Assembly: GCA_038496445.1 (NCBI GenBank)
Contig: JALMLS010000516.1
Span: 310,001 to 374,000 of the forward strand
Source: Trichosphaerium sp. ATCC 40318
Taxonomy: Eukaryota > Protista > Tubulinea
Length of the DNA: 64,000 nucleotides
Reading direction: 5' to 3'
Made by a program: the position numbers and the translations under genes. The notes below the pieces were generated by a model. The model was not told the DNA's origin and did no database searches. It was given only the letters and a program-made list of their open reading frames with translations. Shown in pieces: positions 36,549 through 49,547 of this stretch; the first letter of the stretch is position 1, and the number at the start of each line of letters is the position of its first letter.

Positions 36549-37780
36549 ATGTCTATACCTGAGAAAGGTGTTGTAGAGTACTCTCATGCTTTTCATGTTG
36601 TATTTTTTGGAGACAGTGGTAAGAACTTTATCCTACACCCCAGAATGTTTAGATTTTGTCTTAATACGTTACGTAGGTGTTGGTAAAACAAGTATGCTCC
36701 TCCGTTTTGTAGATGATACATTTGTACCTAATACACGGGTGTACGTAATTTTCTTATTTTTTTAATCATATCTACGCGCGTAGCGGGCATAAAAAAGCTT
36801 TTTTGTGTTCAGAAAATCAACGATTTCGTTGATTTTATGCTGTAAATAGTTCTTCTTTACATCCTCCGGAGAGTGAGAGATATTTTTACCGGCCTAGTTT
36901 GGCGCACGTGCTCAAAATCTAAAAAAAAAACAAAAAAAAAAATCAGTTTCTGACAACAAAAACGGATTTAGAAGCGTAGAATCAAAGGATCGTGTTATAA
37001 ATTTTGACGGCAAATACTGCAAGTTTAAATGCTGGGTACAGTAATAGTTTCGTTATTGTAACAGTTTTATGAAGTGAAAAATCAACTAATTTTTATTTTA
37101 GGACTCAGCAGGTCAAGAGCTGTTTGTACGTATTTCTTTGACAACATGTTGTTTTCTTTTCTCGTTATTTTGTGAAGTGATTCCTTTTTTGTAGCGAACA
37201 GTGACTTCATCGTTCTCTAGAAAAGCACATGGGATCGTATTGGTTTACGATGTTACCGATAGGCAATCGTTTAAAAATATCTTTTTTTTTTTTTTGCATA
37301 AGATTCCGTGTAGTATTTTTTGTTTTTCCGTGTTTATACTGTTTCCCTTGATTCTGTTGTACATGTCAAATCATGGCTCGAAGAAATGGAAAGAGGGAAC
37401 CCCGGCATGTCACCAAAGAGTGTCATACTTGTTGGTAATAAGACAGATCTAAAGAATGATGTTGCCGTTAGAACAGAAGAAGGACAAAAAATGGCAGCAG
37501 AGTTGGGATTACAACGTTATCATACTTTTTTTGAAGTGTCAGCAAAAGACGGTGATGGCATTGATCAGGCATTTAAGGCATTGGGTAGAGCTATGTTAAA
37601 ACAAAAAGAAGACAGTGATGTTGATGTACCATTAGTACGTATAAATACATTTTTATTACATGGATTGCACGTGCTGTGAAACATTATTCAAACAATTTCT
37701 TTTAGGAATCAAAAAAGTCAAATATTATTCTCGATGATTTGCAGTCTGTTAAGAGTAAAAAGACATGTTGGTGTTTCTAA
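36549..37780 (+). CDS. Divergent Rab GTPase (Rab1-like)
   Basis: [55 protein letters not shown]-terminal CWCF prenylation motif. Confidence 0.9.
37277..37362 (+). other. U12-type AT-AC intron in the Rab gene
   Basis: Donor ATATCTTT, branch TTTCCCTTGAT about 11 nt from the terminal AC; removal restores the Rab consensus DRQSFKNVKSWLEE. Confidence 0.9.
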
Positions 37781-38114
37781 CAGTATGTACAATAAAGAGC
37801 CAATGCGGGATTTGGATGAAAAAAAAAACCAACATCACCTGCTAGGTCTATTTATTTGTAAATCATTTATTTCATTGAGAAAACCAAAAAAAGTGCGTAT
37901 CGCTTTTTTTTTGCATTCCTCAGTTGGCTGCTCTCGGAATACCAATTCTAGATATCGCACAATCTACTTTACAATTTTAACAACACCTATACAAGGACAC
38001 CTAACTATCCAAAGAAGTCTAGCCTACAAATACGCCAATAACTATAGGCAATACTAGTCACCTGAGATGCGAGCTTTTGTATCTGGACCACCTGTGGGTT
38101 AGCGCCACACATTC

Positions 38115-38649
38115 ATTAAATATGCTTGAAGGTGGTCATTACCAGAAATAATGTCACAGTTCCAGAACCTAACAGTGAAGAATAAAGACTCAACGCTAGT
38201 TTATTAATTGCACTATAAATATAAGGGTCCACCCTTGATTGAGTCTTGAATTTGTATTGTCTAGATAAAAACAGTTGAGCAAAGTAAAAAATCCAGTATT
38301 TTATTTTGTGTACACTACTTTAAACCTCTTCGCCACATGTCAGCTCTAAACGTTCATCTATGCATGGTGGTTCACCATCCCCATTGGAGCAATATGTCAT
38401 CAATGATTGGGTCCTATGTGAACATGTAAGTGTTGGTTCAGTGTCTGAGATAATGCTTGAAGGTACTGTGACCATGACATTAATCACCAAGTACTTCACT
38501 GCTAGAATTAGCCTCGACACTATAACCATAAGTATCAATTTTATAGTTAAGTGTTTGTATGTTTCCACAAGAGAACAAATTTATTCATATTGCTTAGGTA
38601 TACAAGTAAAAGGTTACAACCTCTTTGTTGCAGCAAAATTTTTTTTTTT

Positions 38650-38691
<42 letters not shown>

Positions 38692-38956
38692 TTCTTGGGC
38701 TTCCGCCTTCGAATGCCATTTTTGCTAGATCAATGTCATAGCTGGATATCATTATGATATTTGATACGCCTGTAGGTGGGTAGTAGAGGTCTTCTACCTG
38801 TGGGTCCCAAGTCAGAGCGTATGTGTAGTCTGGTCTGGTATTAACCAGGATGCTTTTAGGGACTGTGACCGTGACTTTAATCACTAATGGTCTGCCCAGG
38901 AGAGAATTGTATTTTTTACGAGCGTACTTTCGCACTGCTCGGAGTAGTCTTGACAT
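38115..38956 (-). CDS. Possible unknown gene or gene pair with an internally duplicated motif
   Basis: Two ORFs share LVIKVTVTVPKSIL / LVINVMVTVPSSII; intron-like segments present; model uncertain. Confidence 0.35.
38639..38688. repeat. Poly(T)/poly(A) tract, about 50 nt with one interruption
   Basis: Directly visible homopolymer run. Confidence 0.95.
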
Positions 38957-40087
38957 GTCAAGCAGAAGTATAGATATTGTAGTTTAGTATTCGTATGCTT
39001 CCACTAGATAAAAAAATCGATTTTCCTTTTAACCAAGTAATTTCTTGTTGCAAAAAAATTGTGGTTTACCACGGTTTTTGAGAAAACCGCTCCAATGCGT
39101 TGTACAGGGTAATCGAAGCATATCAAGTCGAACCAATAGCATATATACGTATTTCGATGTTGAGATTTAAGATGTGGAGTTATGAAGTAAATCGATAGAG
39201 TGGCTTGTTGAGAAAGAAAAGTGAAAAAAAGTGAAATTCGACAAAGCCTCAAATGCAACTTACAATGGTTTATTCATTTGCGTGCAATGTATTCCGGGCG
39301 TATTATGAAACTAATCTGTATTTTCAATGGATATTAATTCGCTAGGAATCCTAAGAACGAAGAATTTGTATGATCAACCATGTAGTAACGTGAGGTATGT
39401 TACTAGCGTAGAGGAAGACGTTTCCGAGTAGTTTGATCCAAAAACAGCTTCATCTTTCTGGGATCGCTTCCCTAAGGTGCTTATCACTCAAAACGTGCCC
39501 TATTTTTATAACATAAACGAAGTATAGCGTTGGTGACGCTTTGAACCAGATACTGCCCTTTTTAGTTTCAAAAAACGTGATCGTACCGTTACCGATTTCT
39601 GTTAGCTTTGCTCTTGTATAAAGCGTTTATATACTGACTACAAGAGATCTTCTTGCTTTGGCGCCATTTTAAACGCTCGTTTAAAAACTGGCTTTCACCA
39701 ACATTTTTTGACTCCAAAATACGTTGTTATGATTCGCAATGCGTACTAAAATGGATTGATGATGCTTTGAAGATCTTTTTCGTTGGCTTTGCATCAACAA
39801 AAGCGATCTTGCTGGGAACTCTCAATGGTTTGTTCACACGCTATGAAGCGTAGAATACTAAGTAGTGAACATGATCAATACGAAACAGTGTGCAGGTAAA
39901 GGAAAACTAACAAGGCTTAAACTTCGTTTCAGATAATGTTGCACGCCAGCAATTTGCTGTTCTAGTGTAAACAATATTGTGTGGAAAAAACTCAACAAAC
40001 GTAGAGAAAGCAAAAGAGCTGAACAAAAACCCAAAGTGAAACATAGAGAAGGTAAAAAAAAAAGGTATTTATTTTTCTTTTTTGAGG

Positions 40088-40792
40088 TTAAGGCTTCTTC
40101 ATAGTCATGCCATAAAGAGCCTCAACTTCGAATTCATGCTTCCATTGAGCGAGCAATTCCTTGCTGAAAATTGATTCAACTTGAATTTCGCTGCAATCTT
40201 CTTCCTCAAGTAAAACGTTAGCGCCACTACTTGCTCGTACCTTATTTCCCTTGCGCCTGCGTCTGCGCTGTCGTGAGGTCTGGCGGTTTTCTTGTCGAAT
40301 TTGGGAGGAAGTGTGCCGATCATCTTGAGGTGACTCTGCCCTAGAAACTGTTTTTGGCGTACCTTGTTGTACCTTGGCTTCCTCTCTTATCCTCTGTCGC
40401 TCGTAAAACCTTGCCAGCGCATCATCTGTATTCCTTGGTGTGTTGTCGTGAACCGGAAAGTAGCACCTATTCTTTGACTTCTTTTTGGCGTGCTTCTTCT
40501 TCTCCTTGGAGTGCTGCTTTCGTTGATGGTTTCGTTTTGGCGCTTGAATTGAACTTCGAAGTTTTGGTTTCCTCTTCTCGTTCTTCTTACCTGGTTTTTT
40601 CAGTTCCTTTGCCGGTAGTGGAACGATCACGCTTTCTCCAAGTTCTTTCGTCACCAACCGTTGTATTATCTCGTAATCAGTCTCTCCAGGGAACTGTGGC
40701 TGCATTTCGAGCGTCGGTTCTTCATCTGCCGATTCTGTACGTCTGAAAATGGCTGAAAAGATGCTTCTGAAGGCGTTCTTGATAATGGACAT
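40088..40792 (-). CDS. Intronless Lys/Arg-rich low-complexity protein
   Basis: Open frame from MSIIKNAFRSIF; basic tracts; no domain recognised. Confidence 0.55.
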   Translation of the reverse strand: MSIIKNAFRSIFSAIFRRTESADEEPTLEMQPQFPGETDYEIIQRLVTKELGESVIVPLPAKELKKPGKKNEKRKPKLRSSIQAPKRNHQRKQHSKEKKKHAKKKSKNRCYFPVHDNTPRNTDDALARFYERQRIREEAKVQQGTPKTVSRAESPQDDRHTSSQIRQENRQTSRQRRRRRKGNKVRASSGANVLLEEEDCSEIQVESIFSKELLAQWKHEFEVEALYGMTMKKP

Positions 40793-41647
40793 TTGTAGTG
40801 ATTCTTTGCTGCAACGAGGTGTCTCTATCGTGGTTTTGTAGAGACAAACTCCTTTTTTCGTTAAGACATGCCTGACTGAACACTTTCCCGCGAAATACAA
40901 AACCGCCAAGGCTGTCTTAAAAACGCACACAATGACGTTTCGTGGCAAAGATACGAAAATAGTGAAATTTCTGTCAAAAGTCACAAATTAAAGAGAAAAA
41001 CTGTGAACGCTCAAATTCCTGAAATACCGGTTAGAACTCATTTATTTGGTAAAAATACGCGTTGTTAGAAGTTGCAGTGCGGTTTTGATGGGTTTAGAAT
41101 AAAATTGGTTCAAAAAACGTGATTTGCCGTTTTTGGCTTCACAGCTATAAAAGTACTTGACTTTGCCCTTGATGAATCAACCCTTCATTGGTGCTTATTA
41201 TGAGGCCTCTGTTCGCCATATTCAGAACAAAGTTACTTGGATGAACGATTTAAATGGCCAAGTGCCTACCCTTCGCGAATTGCCAACGATACAACCACTC
41301 TATGCCGCTTTGCTGATATCAATATTCTATACTTGCTTATAGACGGGTTTCAATGAATGCATGGCGATATCTACGCTAGTACATCCACTTCCGTCCAAAA
41401 CAACGCCTTGGGTGCATACGTTATCTACTTTTCCTTAATAGGACCCTATTGAAGTGGTCGTATCAAACTCATAGAGGTACTGAAATAGCGGCAAAAGATA
41501 AGATAGCAAGGTTCAGTTTCTCACCAATTCTCGGGCGAAAGAATGCACAGCCTCGGATCTCAAATATTTGTTTATTACAGATGTACATTGTACAATAACT
41601 TGGCTGAATATAATACACTACTTCTGCCAGTTGTACGAAGTCCAACA

Positions 41648-44600
41648 TCAATTTACAACCAACAAAGACGATTGCTGTAAAATAACAAGTTAGCACACGT
41701 GAGGCGATTTGTTTAGTTGAAATATTGATGTACCTTGTGAAGCCTTGTTTGGACTGGTTCTATTAGTAGTGGAACAGTGTCATCCACTTCATCATCTGTA
41801 TCAGTATTAAAGTTGGAGGAGTGATATCTTGGAAGGTGGTTAGACTCATTACAAACAGACAACAATATTAGTGTACTTGACAGTAGGCGCAAGTGGTGAC
41901 TGTGGTCTAAGCTTCTCATTCGCCATCACAATATGGGATTGCATTGGGTAATAGTTAAACCGACAGTACTTCATTGTATATACAGGCATCATTGCAATTG
42001 TAGTGATGAGCTAACCAAATCCGTTAGCAAAAGAGAATGGTGTTGTATAGATAACAGCGTACAATTACTGTTGCCCAATAAACAGGATCCGTATAATGTT
42101 TCGTCATTATCTTTGTAAGTGAGTTAGATAACATTTCTACCACTTTTCAAAAAAAAAAAAGATGTGGTAGACGGAATGGCGTTGGTGTACCATGAACAGT
42201 CCTGAAGATGATAGCATATTGAAAACGTATATAATAATAAAGTAGCTAAGTCCAGTTCCCCATATTACAATGTGATTCAACACAGTACAGTTTCTAGTCA
42301 CAAAATCCAATTAGCAAAAAAAAAAGCAAGCCTAGAGTTGGAGGTTTTTTGTTTTAATAGTGCGTACGCAGATTCTGAGAATATTGTCAGTGTTTGTATA
42401 AGTATAGCTGCAGTAAAGGCTACCAAAGATATAGATTGGTAGTTTGAAGGAAAGCCATCGTGGTCCATATAGTCACATCCATAAACAGCTAAAATATTAC
42501 AAAAAGTTAGCTAGGTTATTGCTCAACAACTACTAGTTTAGAACCCTATGCGTACTTATTGTTATGAAGAAAACTACAGCAGCCTGGTATAAAGAACGCA
42601 AAAGCCAGTAGATGAACGACCATAAATTAATGAACCTAGAGAAACACGATTAGCAATGGAGTGCGTGTGATTAAGCCAACAACGTTTAAAACTTGTTGTG
42701 GCTTTTTTTTTGATTGTCGTTTCGTACATGCTTGTTTGACATTCGCCATACAATTGTGGGTATTTAAGGAGGTTCGTATGACTAACATCCTTGTCTAGTA
42801 CATACAAAAAGATTGGTAGTCCAGTAAAGAACACGTTATATGTTGACAATGTAAACGAATTGAACAGAGTGGTTCCCGAATATCCGGAATACGCAGCGTA
42901 CCTTTTAGTTTAGATAAGAAAAAAAAAAAAAGAAACCAAGTTGAGATGAATCAAGCAAGAGACTTGAAGTTGACGTACATAATTTGCATAAAAGCGATAA
43001 ATAAAGATTTCTGGAAGCAATAGTGTGCTGCGAATGCAGTGATACGGTTAGAATATCTTCCATGGCACAACAGTAGCTTTCTCAAGAAGTAAAACTCTAA
43101 AAGCAGAACAGTAAGGAAACAGAACCTGACGAGAAAGAAAAACAAAAATATGAACGTACTAGCAAAGCTGTAGTCAGCTGCACGTGCTGCTTGTAGACCC
43201 TCTCTTCCAGAGATACCGACACCAACATGAGCGGCCTAAAAGAGTATATTAAGATGACAGTATGGAAAGAGTCTTTAAAGTACTTGAATCATTGTGACAT
43301 CATTACCACCGTCACCTATGGCCAGAGTTCGCTTTCCATCACGTTTTACTAGATCCACAATCTATACCCAAGGTTACTAATAACCGAAGTATTATTAGGT
43401 AATACGTACAAATCCTTTAAGTTGTGGGGACACTCGACAGCAGATAACTGTGGATGCTTTCAAGGCTAGTAATCCGTAAGTAAAAAAAAAAAAACTCAAT
43501 CAAAAAAAGTAAGTTGTCAGGGCACTCACCAAAATCTAGTACTGTCCTCCTGTGTTCTGGATCGTTTTTAAGTACTCTTAACGCTTTCCCATCGATAATC
43601 ATAGCCTGTTGTCAACCAAATTAAACACACGCCTTTTTTTTTAGCAAAAGTGTTAAAAAGGGCTGTACCTTTGTGTCATCAGACAACGATTGTCTCTGGA
43701 TTGTAGCAAGGGATTTCTTTAAATCCGTTCCAGTTAATTTAAGTATCGTATGTGGACCTAAAGTAGTTCTATTAGTCCAAAGAACAATAACAGTGAATCC
43801 AATATACCAGGTGAAATTAGATTACATGATGTAGCAATCTGAACTGCAGTTTCATACTTGTCACCTACGACACCATATCAATAAAACATCCAACAAATAT
43901 ATGTAGTATATAGCACCTGTTATCATCCAAACCTTGATACCAGCAGCCCTACTCATAAAGTCAAATAAAACAAATACAAGGGTTGTGCTTTTTTCACTGA
44001 AAAAAAGGAAAATTGGTTGTGCTACTAACCTCAAATCTTTAATAGCTTCAGGTACTCCGTCTTGAAGTTTATCTTCTACGGCTGTTACACCCAAAAGATT
44101 TATATTAAGTTCAGCAGTATCACATACAGCAAGGACGCGATTCTAAAATGGAGTGTAAATGATTCATTCACGTTTTTCGTTTAACATGACTTCATAAATC
44201 AACACAAACCTTTCTATCCTCCATTGCTGTTTTCGCATTATGAAATTCGTGAGCCCACTTATCGTATTCATCCTGAGTGAATGTTTTACTTCCTACAACA
44301 AGTGTACGAAGTCCTAGTTTTGCAAAAATTTCCAAATTCTGAGACTCAGTTGTTTTCATGTCTTCCTCGTCTAACAACCGTATAAGATCATTGTCTTCTT
44401 TAAGAATCTAGCAAAAGACGCGTTTTAATATCCCTCAATTACATACCGTTACTAATACGTGGAAGGATTGTATCATCAGCACCTTAAGCATGCAGGATAA
44501 GCTACAACAGAACGAGTTCTACGAAATCTAAGTGTACCTTTGATGAACAGCGTTATGACTTCTGTATCACAGTTCTTTACTATAACGCTCATCCGACGTC

Positions 44601-46945
44601 TATTACTATCAAATTCTAGCTCAGCAAGCAATTCATAAGTTTCTGTAACACCGCCAGGAAGACGAATTTCTTGTTCAAAGTTAAAGACCCATTTCGGTTA
44701 AAAGTATAGATCGAAGTCAATCAAAAAAAAGTACTAAAGGATACTGATTATGCGATCATCTCGTTCTTGTAGTACTACACCGAGAAGGGAAGATGTTGTA
44801 ACTAACGCATCTTCATCAGGTGAAGCAGCCTTGTAACTGATGCCTCCAAACCTAAATAACAAACGCAAAAGTCAATCAACTTTAACAAAAAAAAAAGAAG
44901 AGAAATTGCGTACTCTAGTGTAATTGGTTCTACGCTGTTACACAGTGCAAGAGCACGGAAAAACATTGTAGCATTTCCATCTTTCTTCGAAAGTGCCTCT
45001 TTAAGTTCATCATCTATAAAAAACCTGTTAGCTCCCATCATGTGCGCTTCTTCAAAGAATTATATCACGTTTTATATCACGTGCCTTCTATAACGTCTCC
45101 ACACTCGAGATTGTGCCCATAGATGATGCCATTGATAGAGCACTTTACAAATTGCATAACATTTTCTGTCATTGTACCAGTCTTATCGGAGAAGATGTAT
45201 TCTATTTGACCCAAATCCTCACTAATGGATGTACTACAGAAACATTTAAATTCACATCTGACTAGCTTTTAACATCAAAACTTACTTTGAAGCTGCCGCT
45301 GCAGTATCTGTGTTAGCGTCATACATGTCCAGATCCCATTTAATGATGGTTGCATAGAAGTATCTTAAAGCAACTGTTAAGGGAATTTTTCTTTGAAGTG
45401 TGTTCCTTACTTTACTACATCTAGCGTTACTTTCAGTGAGATAGGTATCATGAGAGACATCAACAATAAGAAACGTAAAGGTATCACCAAGAAGAAATCT
45501 CTGTGTTGGTTGAGGTAGAGATACCAATGCTTTCCAATGTCAGCATAACTTTAAAAAAAAAAAAGTTCAAAAAAAAAAGAGCTTAAACTGACCTTTGTGC
45601 TCTCGAATTTCTCGAATAAATTACCAGCGAGTCCTAGAGATATTGCCAACAATAATTGTATGATGAATACAGCAACAACAAGTCGATTAATCATAATATC
45701 GACGCTTGTTCGCTTAATCTTGGGAATAGTTTTATTCTGTCCTATTTTTGTATCGGAACCTTTTTGAACAAATCAGTAACAATAGCAATGATATGAGAAA
45801 GAAAAACGTACCTGTAAAAACAGCAACCCCAATAACCCATTCAGTATTTCTTAAGTTGCTTGCTTGAGGAATAGAATTCTCGTAGGATAGAGAGACTGTA
45901 TCGTCTGTTCCATCCAAGTCCAGGCACGCATCAAAATCTTCTAGGTCTGCAGTAGGTGGAGAACAAGCGATAGTCCCCTACACGTTGGGTATCAGACAGT
46001 AACATTCATTGGAGGTTACTTACAGTTAAATTGTAGATGTCGTCTTCAGACAGACCTCTTGTTTCTACTGGTGCTCGACGGGGTTTAAAATCAGTCTCAC
46101 CATCTAAGTTGGCTGTCTGTAGTTCTTTAGTCTTGGCAGGGCGTAGAAAGAAAATCGACATGTGGGTTGAGGGACTTGCCTGTATAAAACATGCTCCTTT
46201 CTTTTCTGAAGTTGCCAGAAGTACAAGATCGCAAGGAGCTTCTTGACCATCTTGAAGATATACAAGATTACCAACTCGAATATGTTGCGATTGAATCTGA
46301 TTTTGAAAGCGTTAGTTAACACTCAATGACAAAAACAAAAAAAAACTGATCGATTTTTTCGAAAATTGATTGCTTTCTTCAAAAAAAAGCACCTGTCGTT
46401 TCCCTTGATCATCTAGTATAGTAAACATACGTTCATTAGCTTCTTTATCAGCTGTGTAACGAAAGTAGTCGTCTAGCAGCTATTATAGAGTGAGTACAGA
46501 CAAGAGTTGGTTTGACAGTTTAAAATTTGTTTTCGAATGAGATTTAAAACGTCTTGTCAATTGTGTTACCTCCTTTGCTGCCGATACTGAAAATATGAAT
46601 AAAAGTGGCACCCACGTCGTAGCTGGATTGACCTATAAGGCGTTATTGTGAATAACGGAAAAATAAAGTCGTTGAATTGCTTTTATACAGGTAAAAAGGC
46701 GTAATTCATGCACATACCGGCGTTAGGATGGAGAACAATTGAAGTACAGCTATCAAGAGGAAATAGCAGTTCATAAACTGACTAAAAAGCCGTCAATGCG
46801 ATAGTAGACGCGAAAGAATGTACCCGAATTGTTCTATTAAGTTGAGAGGTATAAACGAGTACCATGTGTATTTGGTGTTTGATATCTTGTTCTTACGGAA
46901 CCCAGCGTTGCTATGGGCATTTAGGTCGTGTAAGTTTGCGTACAT
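41648..46945 (-). CDS. P4-type phospholipid-transporting ATPase (flippase), ALA2-like
   Basis: [85 protein letters not shown]; about 28 introns; start approximate. Confidence 0.95.
44670..44744 (-). other. U12-type (minor) GT-AG intron in the P4-ATPase
   Basis: Donor GTATCCTTT, branch TCTTTAAC about 10 nt from AG, no polypyrimidine tract; splicing gives DDRIIKIRLPGG. Confidence 0.88.
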
Positions 46946-47190
46946 TCTTACCGTGTTATGTCATTAATAGCGACTAACCTCTTTGTAGCTGCCTTGAATG
47001 GTGGTTAGCATGCAATAGGACAATAAATTTATCAGCCAGTGTTAACCTTTGTAAAAAATAACCCCATTGCGCTGGTTTCTATCTATTTCTCTAAGGAACC
47101 ATGTAGCCGTAACGCCAACGCGTGTTTTAAGTTTTTTGTGAACTGAATAAGCCATCCTTTTAGTTTCTGTGAGAAATAGGCTTGGAGTGC

Positions 47191-48633
47191 ATGGAATTAC
47201 TACACCCAGTTAAACAGCTCGTTCAGGATTCTCCTTGTTGTTTACAGCTTGCCACCAGTACTAATGAGAGTGTTCTTGCTTGCAGCACCTCAAGGCAGCT
47301 TGTCCGCATATATGATACGTCTACAGGCGAGCAGATGTGCGTTTTCGGTCACCCAGAACGTGTCAATGGTTCGTAATAGTTTAATAAATTAACAAATGCC
47401 CGTAACGCAATCTAGACATCGAATTCTCACCTACAGCACCAAATGTACTCTTTAGTACATCAAAAAATCTAGTACACGTTTGGGACCTCAGAGTATCTTC
47501 TAAAACGCAATGGACATTCAATGGTATGCATTTTAACCGCTCATAGACTAAAAAAACCTAATAACGCGTAGCCGGAAGAGGCATGGCCTCTAGCGTATCA
47601 AGTAGTGGCGAAATAATTGCTGCAGGCTATCAAAGAGGAGAAATCTTCCTTTGGTACAATTAACGATTTATTCTCACTTCAGAATTTCCGTTTAAATCTC
47701 AAAGCCAATATAACAAGCCTTCTACGCTCGAAAAAACCTAATTAACTATTATCAGGGATGCCAGGAATCCGAATCAAGCCGTAAGACAATTTGAGTCCTA
47801 TCATAGTGCAGACGCTGTCATATCAGTACGTTACAACCGTAATGTATGCACGTTAACGTTCTCTTTTAAAACAGTTGGAATTCTCGCGTAAATACCCTAC
47901 ACAACTCCTATCTGCAGCGGAGGATGGCCTTGTTTGTTTGTTTGATGCTAGTAAGGATGAGGACGAAGAATTTGGTGTATACCCAATTGGTAGTGCAGTA
48001 GACAGAGCAGGTTTTATATGTAACGGTGAGCAGAGCATATACGTATTTACACATACGTGTAAAATACAATTGTGGGATAGAGATGATGCAGTAAGAGAAA
48101 TGTGACACATTCTCAAAGTTGACATTTCCTTTTTTTTTCTAGGATGCTGCTGAGCCTATTGTTGAAGGTAATGACCTTAGACAAGTCCTTAGTCAGAATG
48201 GCGCCCAGATTCCAGTTCAATACTATGTGGATATGTTCCATGTTGATGATAATGTATATTTAGCAGGCGGTAACACCAGGTACCTTGTTGTTTTGTTTTC
48301 CTATTTATTTCTTAGTATAATTGACTTTATTTTTTTAAAGTGGGAGTGGTATCGTCTTTTGTCTTAGGGATGGCAATTTCGTACCTCGATATTGCTTTAA
48401 TGGACCTCATCAAGATCGCATACGCGATGTATGTTGGCTCAAAAACTCAAATAGACTTGTGAGTTGCTGTGAAGGAGGTAAAGTAATTTTTTGGAGTCAT
48501 GAGACACAAAATGTTACAAACACAAACAAAGTACGCCCTAGATTAGTCAAACGACCTATCAACTCACAAAATTTTTAACTAGATGACTTCAAAGAAACAT
48601 ACGCGGATCAAGGACTATTCGGTGCCATATTGA
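47191..48633 (+). CDS. WD40-repeat protein, WDR89-like
   Basis: VHVWDLR, IFLWDAR, FESYHSADAV, LLSAAEDGLVCLFD, HQDRIRD, C-terminal PY; six introns. Confidence 0.8.
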
Positions 48634-49547
48634 GCAAATAATGTAACAAAATAAAATGAACAATGTACCCTTAAAATCCGTTTGCTGAAGTTACAAAGGC
48701 AGTTGATGTTTGCGATTAAATATTGTAACAGGAAGGTTATCCTATCAAGAATTGCATTGCTTAGAACACTAGTTAAGATTCACTATCAGAGTGTGCTTAA
48801 GTTGGTACAAACAATTGTGAAGCTCCGTTTCTCTTTGAAACTCATATGATTCTGCCGGCTATCGCGCAATAGTAACAACCACATACCAAAGCACTTTCCT
48901 TACTCTACAAATTATTCACTACGTGTTGTGATGACTCCACGCAGTGAAAGCTAGTATCAGTTTGCAGTATTTTATTTTTTGGTAAAATTTCGGCGAAATT
49001 TCTAAACGTTGTGCAGTCTAATAAGACGTGGTAAATTGTGGTTCGTTTACACATATCAAAGTTTGAAAGCGTTTGCAAGGGTATTTTTTTTTACAGTGAT
49101 TATTTCTGCTCTTAATTCCTTTACTTGCTTATTGTTAAGTTGCTCTTATTTTAGTGGTAGCTATTTGTTTATACTTTGCTTTTATTTCTTAGGTTGTGCT
49201 ACAGGTTGACATGTATTACTTCACACGTTTTTTTTCTCTTTTTCATTTGTCCTTTATTGTCCGAGTGCGTCCGTAGCCCCAGTACTTTAACTACGCAATA
49301 GAACATAAAATTCTGCAGCCGCCAAACGTAGTTGAGAATTTGGTGGAAATTGAGGTGTTATTTGAAAATGCTCTAACCTATTTTGTTGAACCGGTAATAG
49401 TATTTACCAGCTAGAATTTGTACGTTCGATGTTGTTAAAGGTGTTCGCAAAAAGGCAACTCACAATTATTTTCGACTAATTTCGTTCGGACTTGGGCTTG
49501 CTTAACGCCGTCAACATCAAAACCACCGTACCATTAATACAACAACA

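Noticed and set aside
38639-38688. Poly(A) tract directly after an ORF stop as a retrocopy tail
   Set aside because: No target-site duplication seen; long A/T runs are common in introns here and the run begins with a possible GT donor
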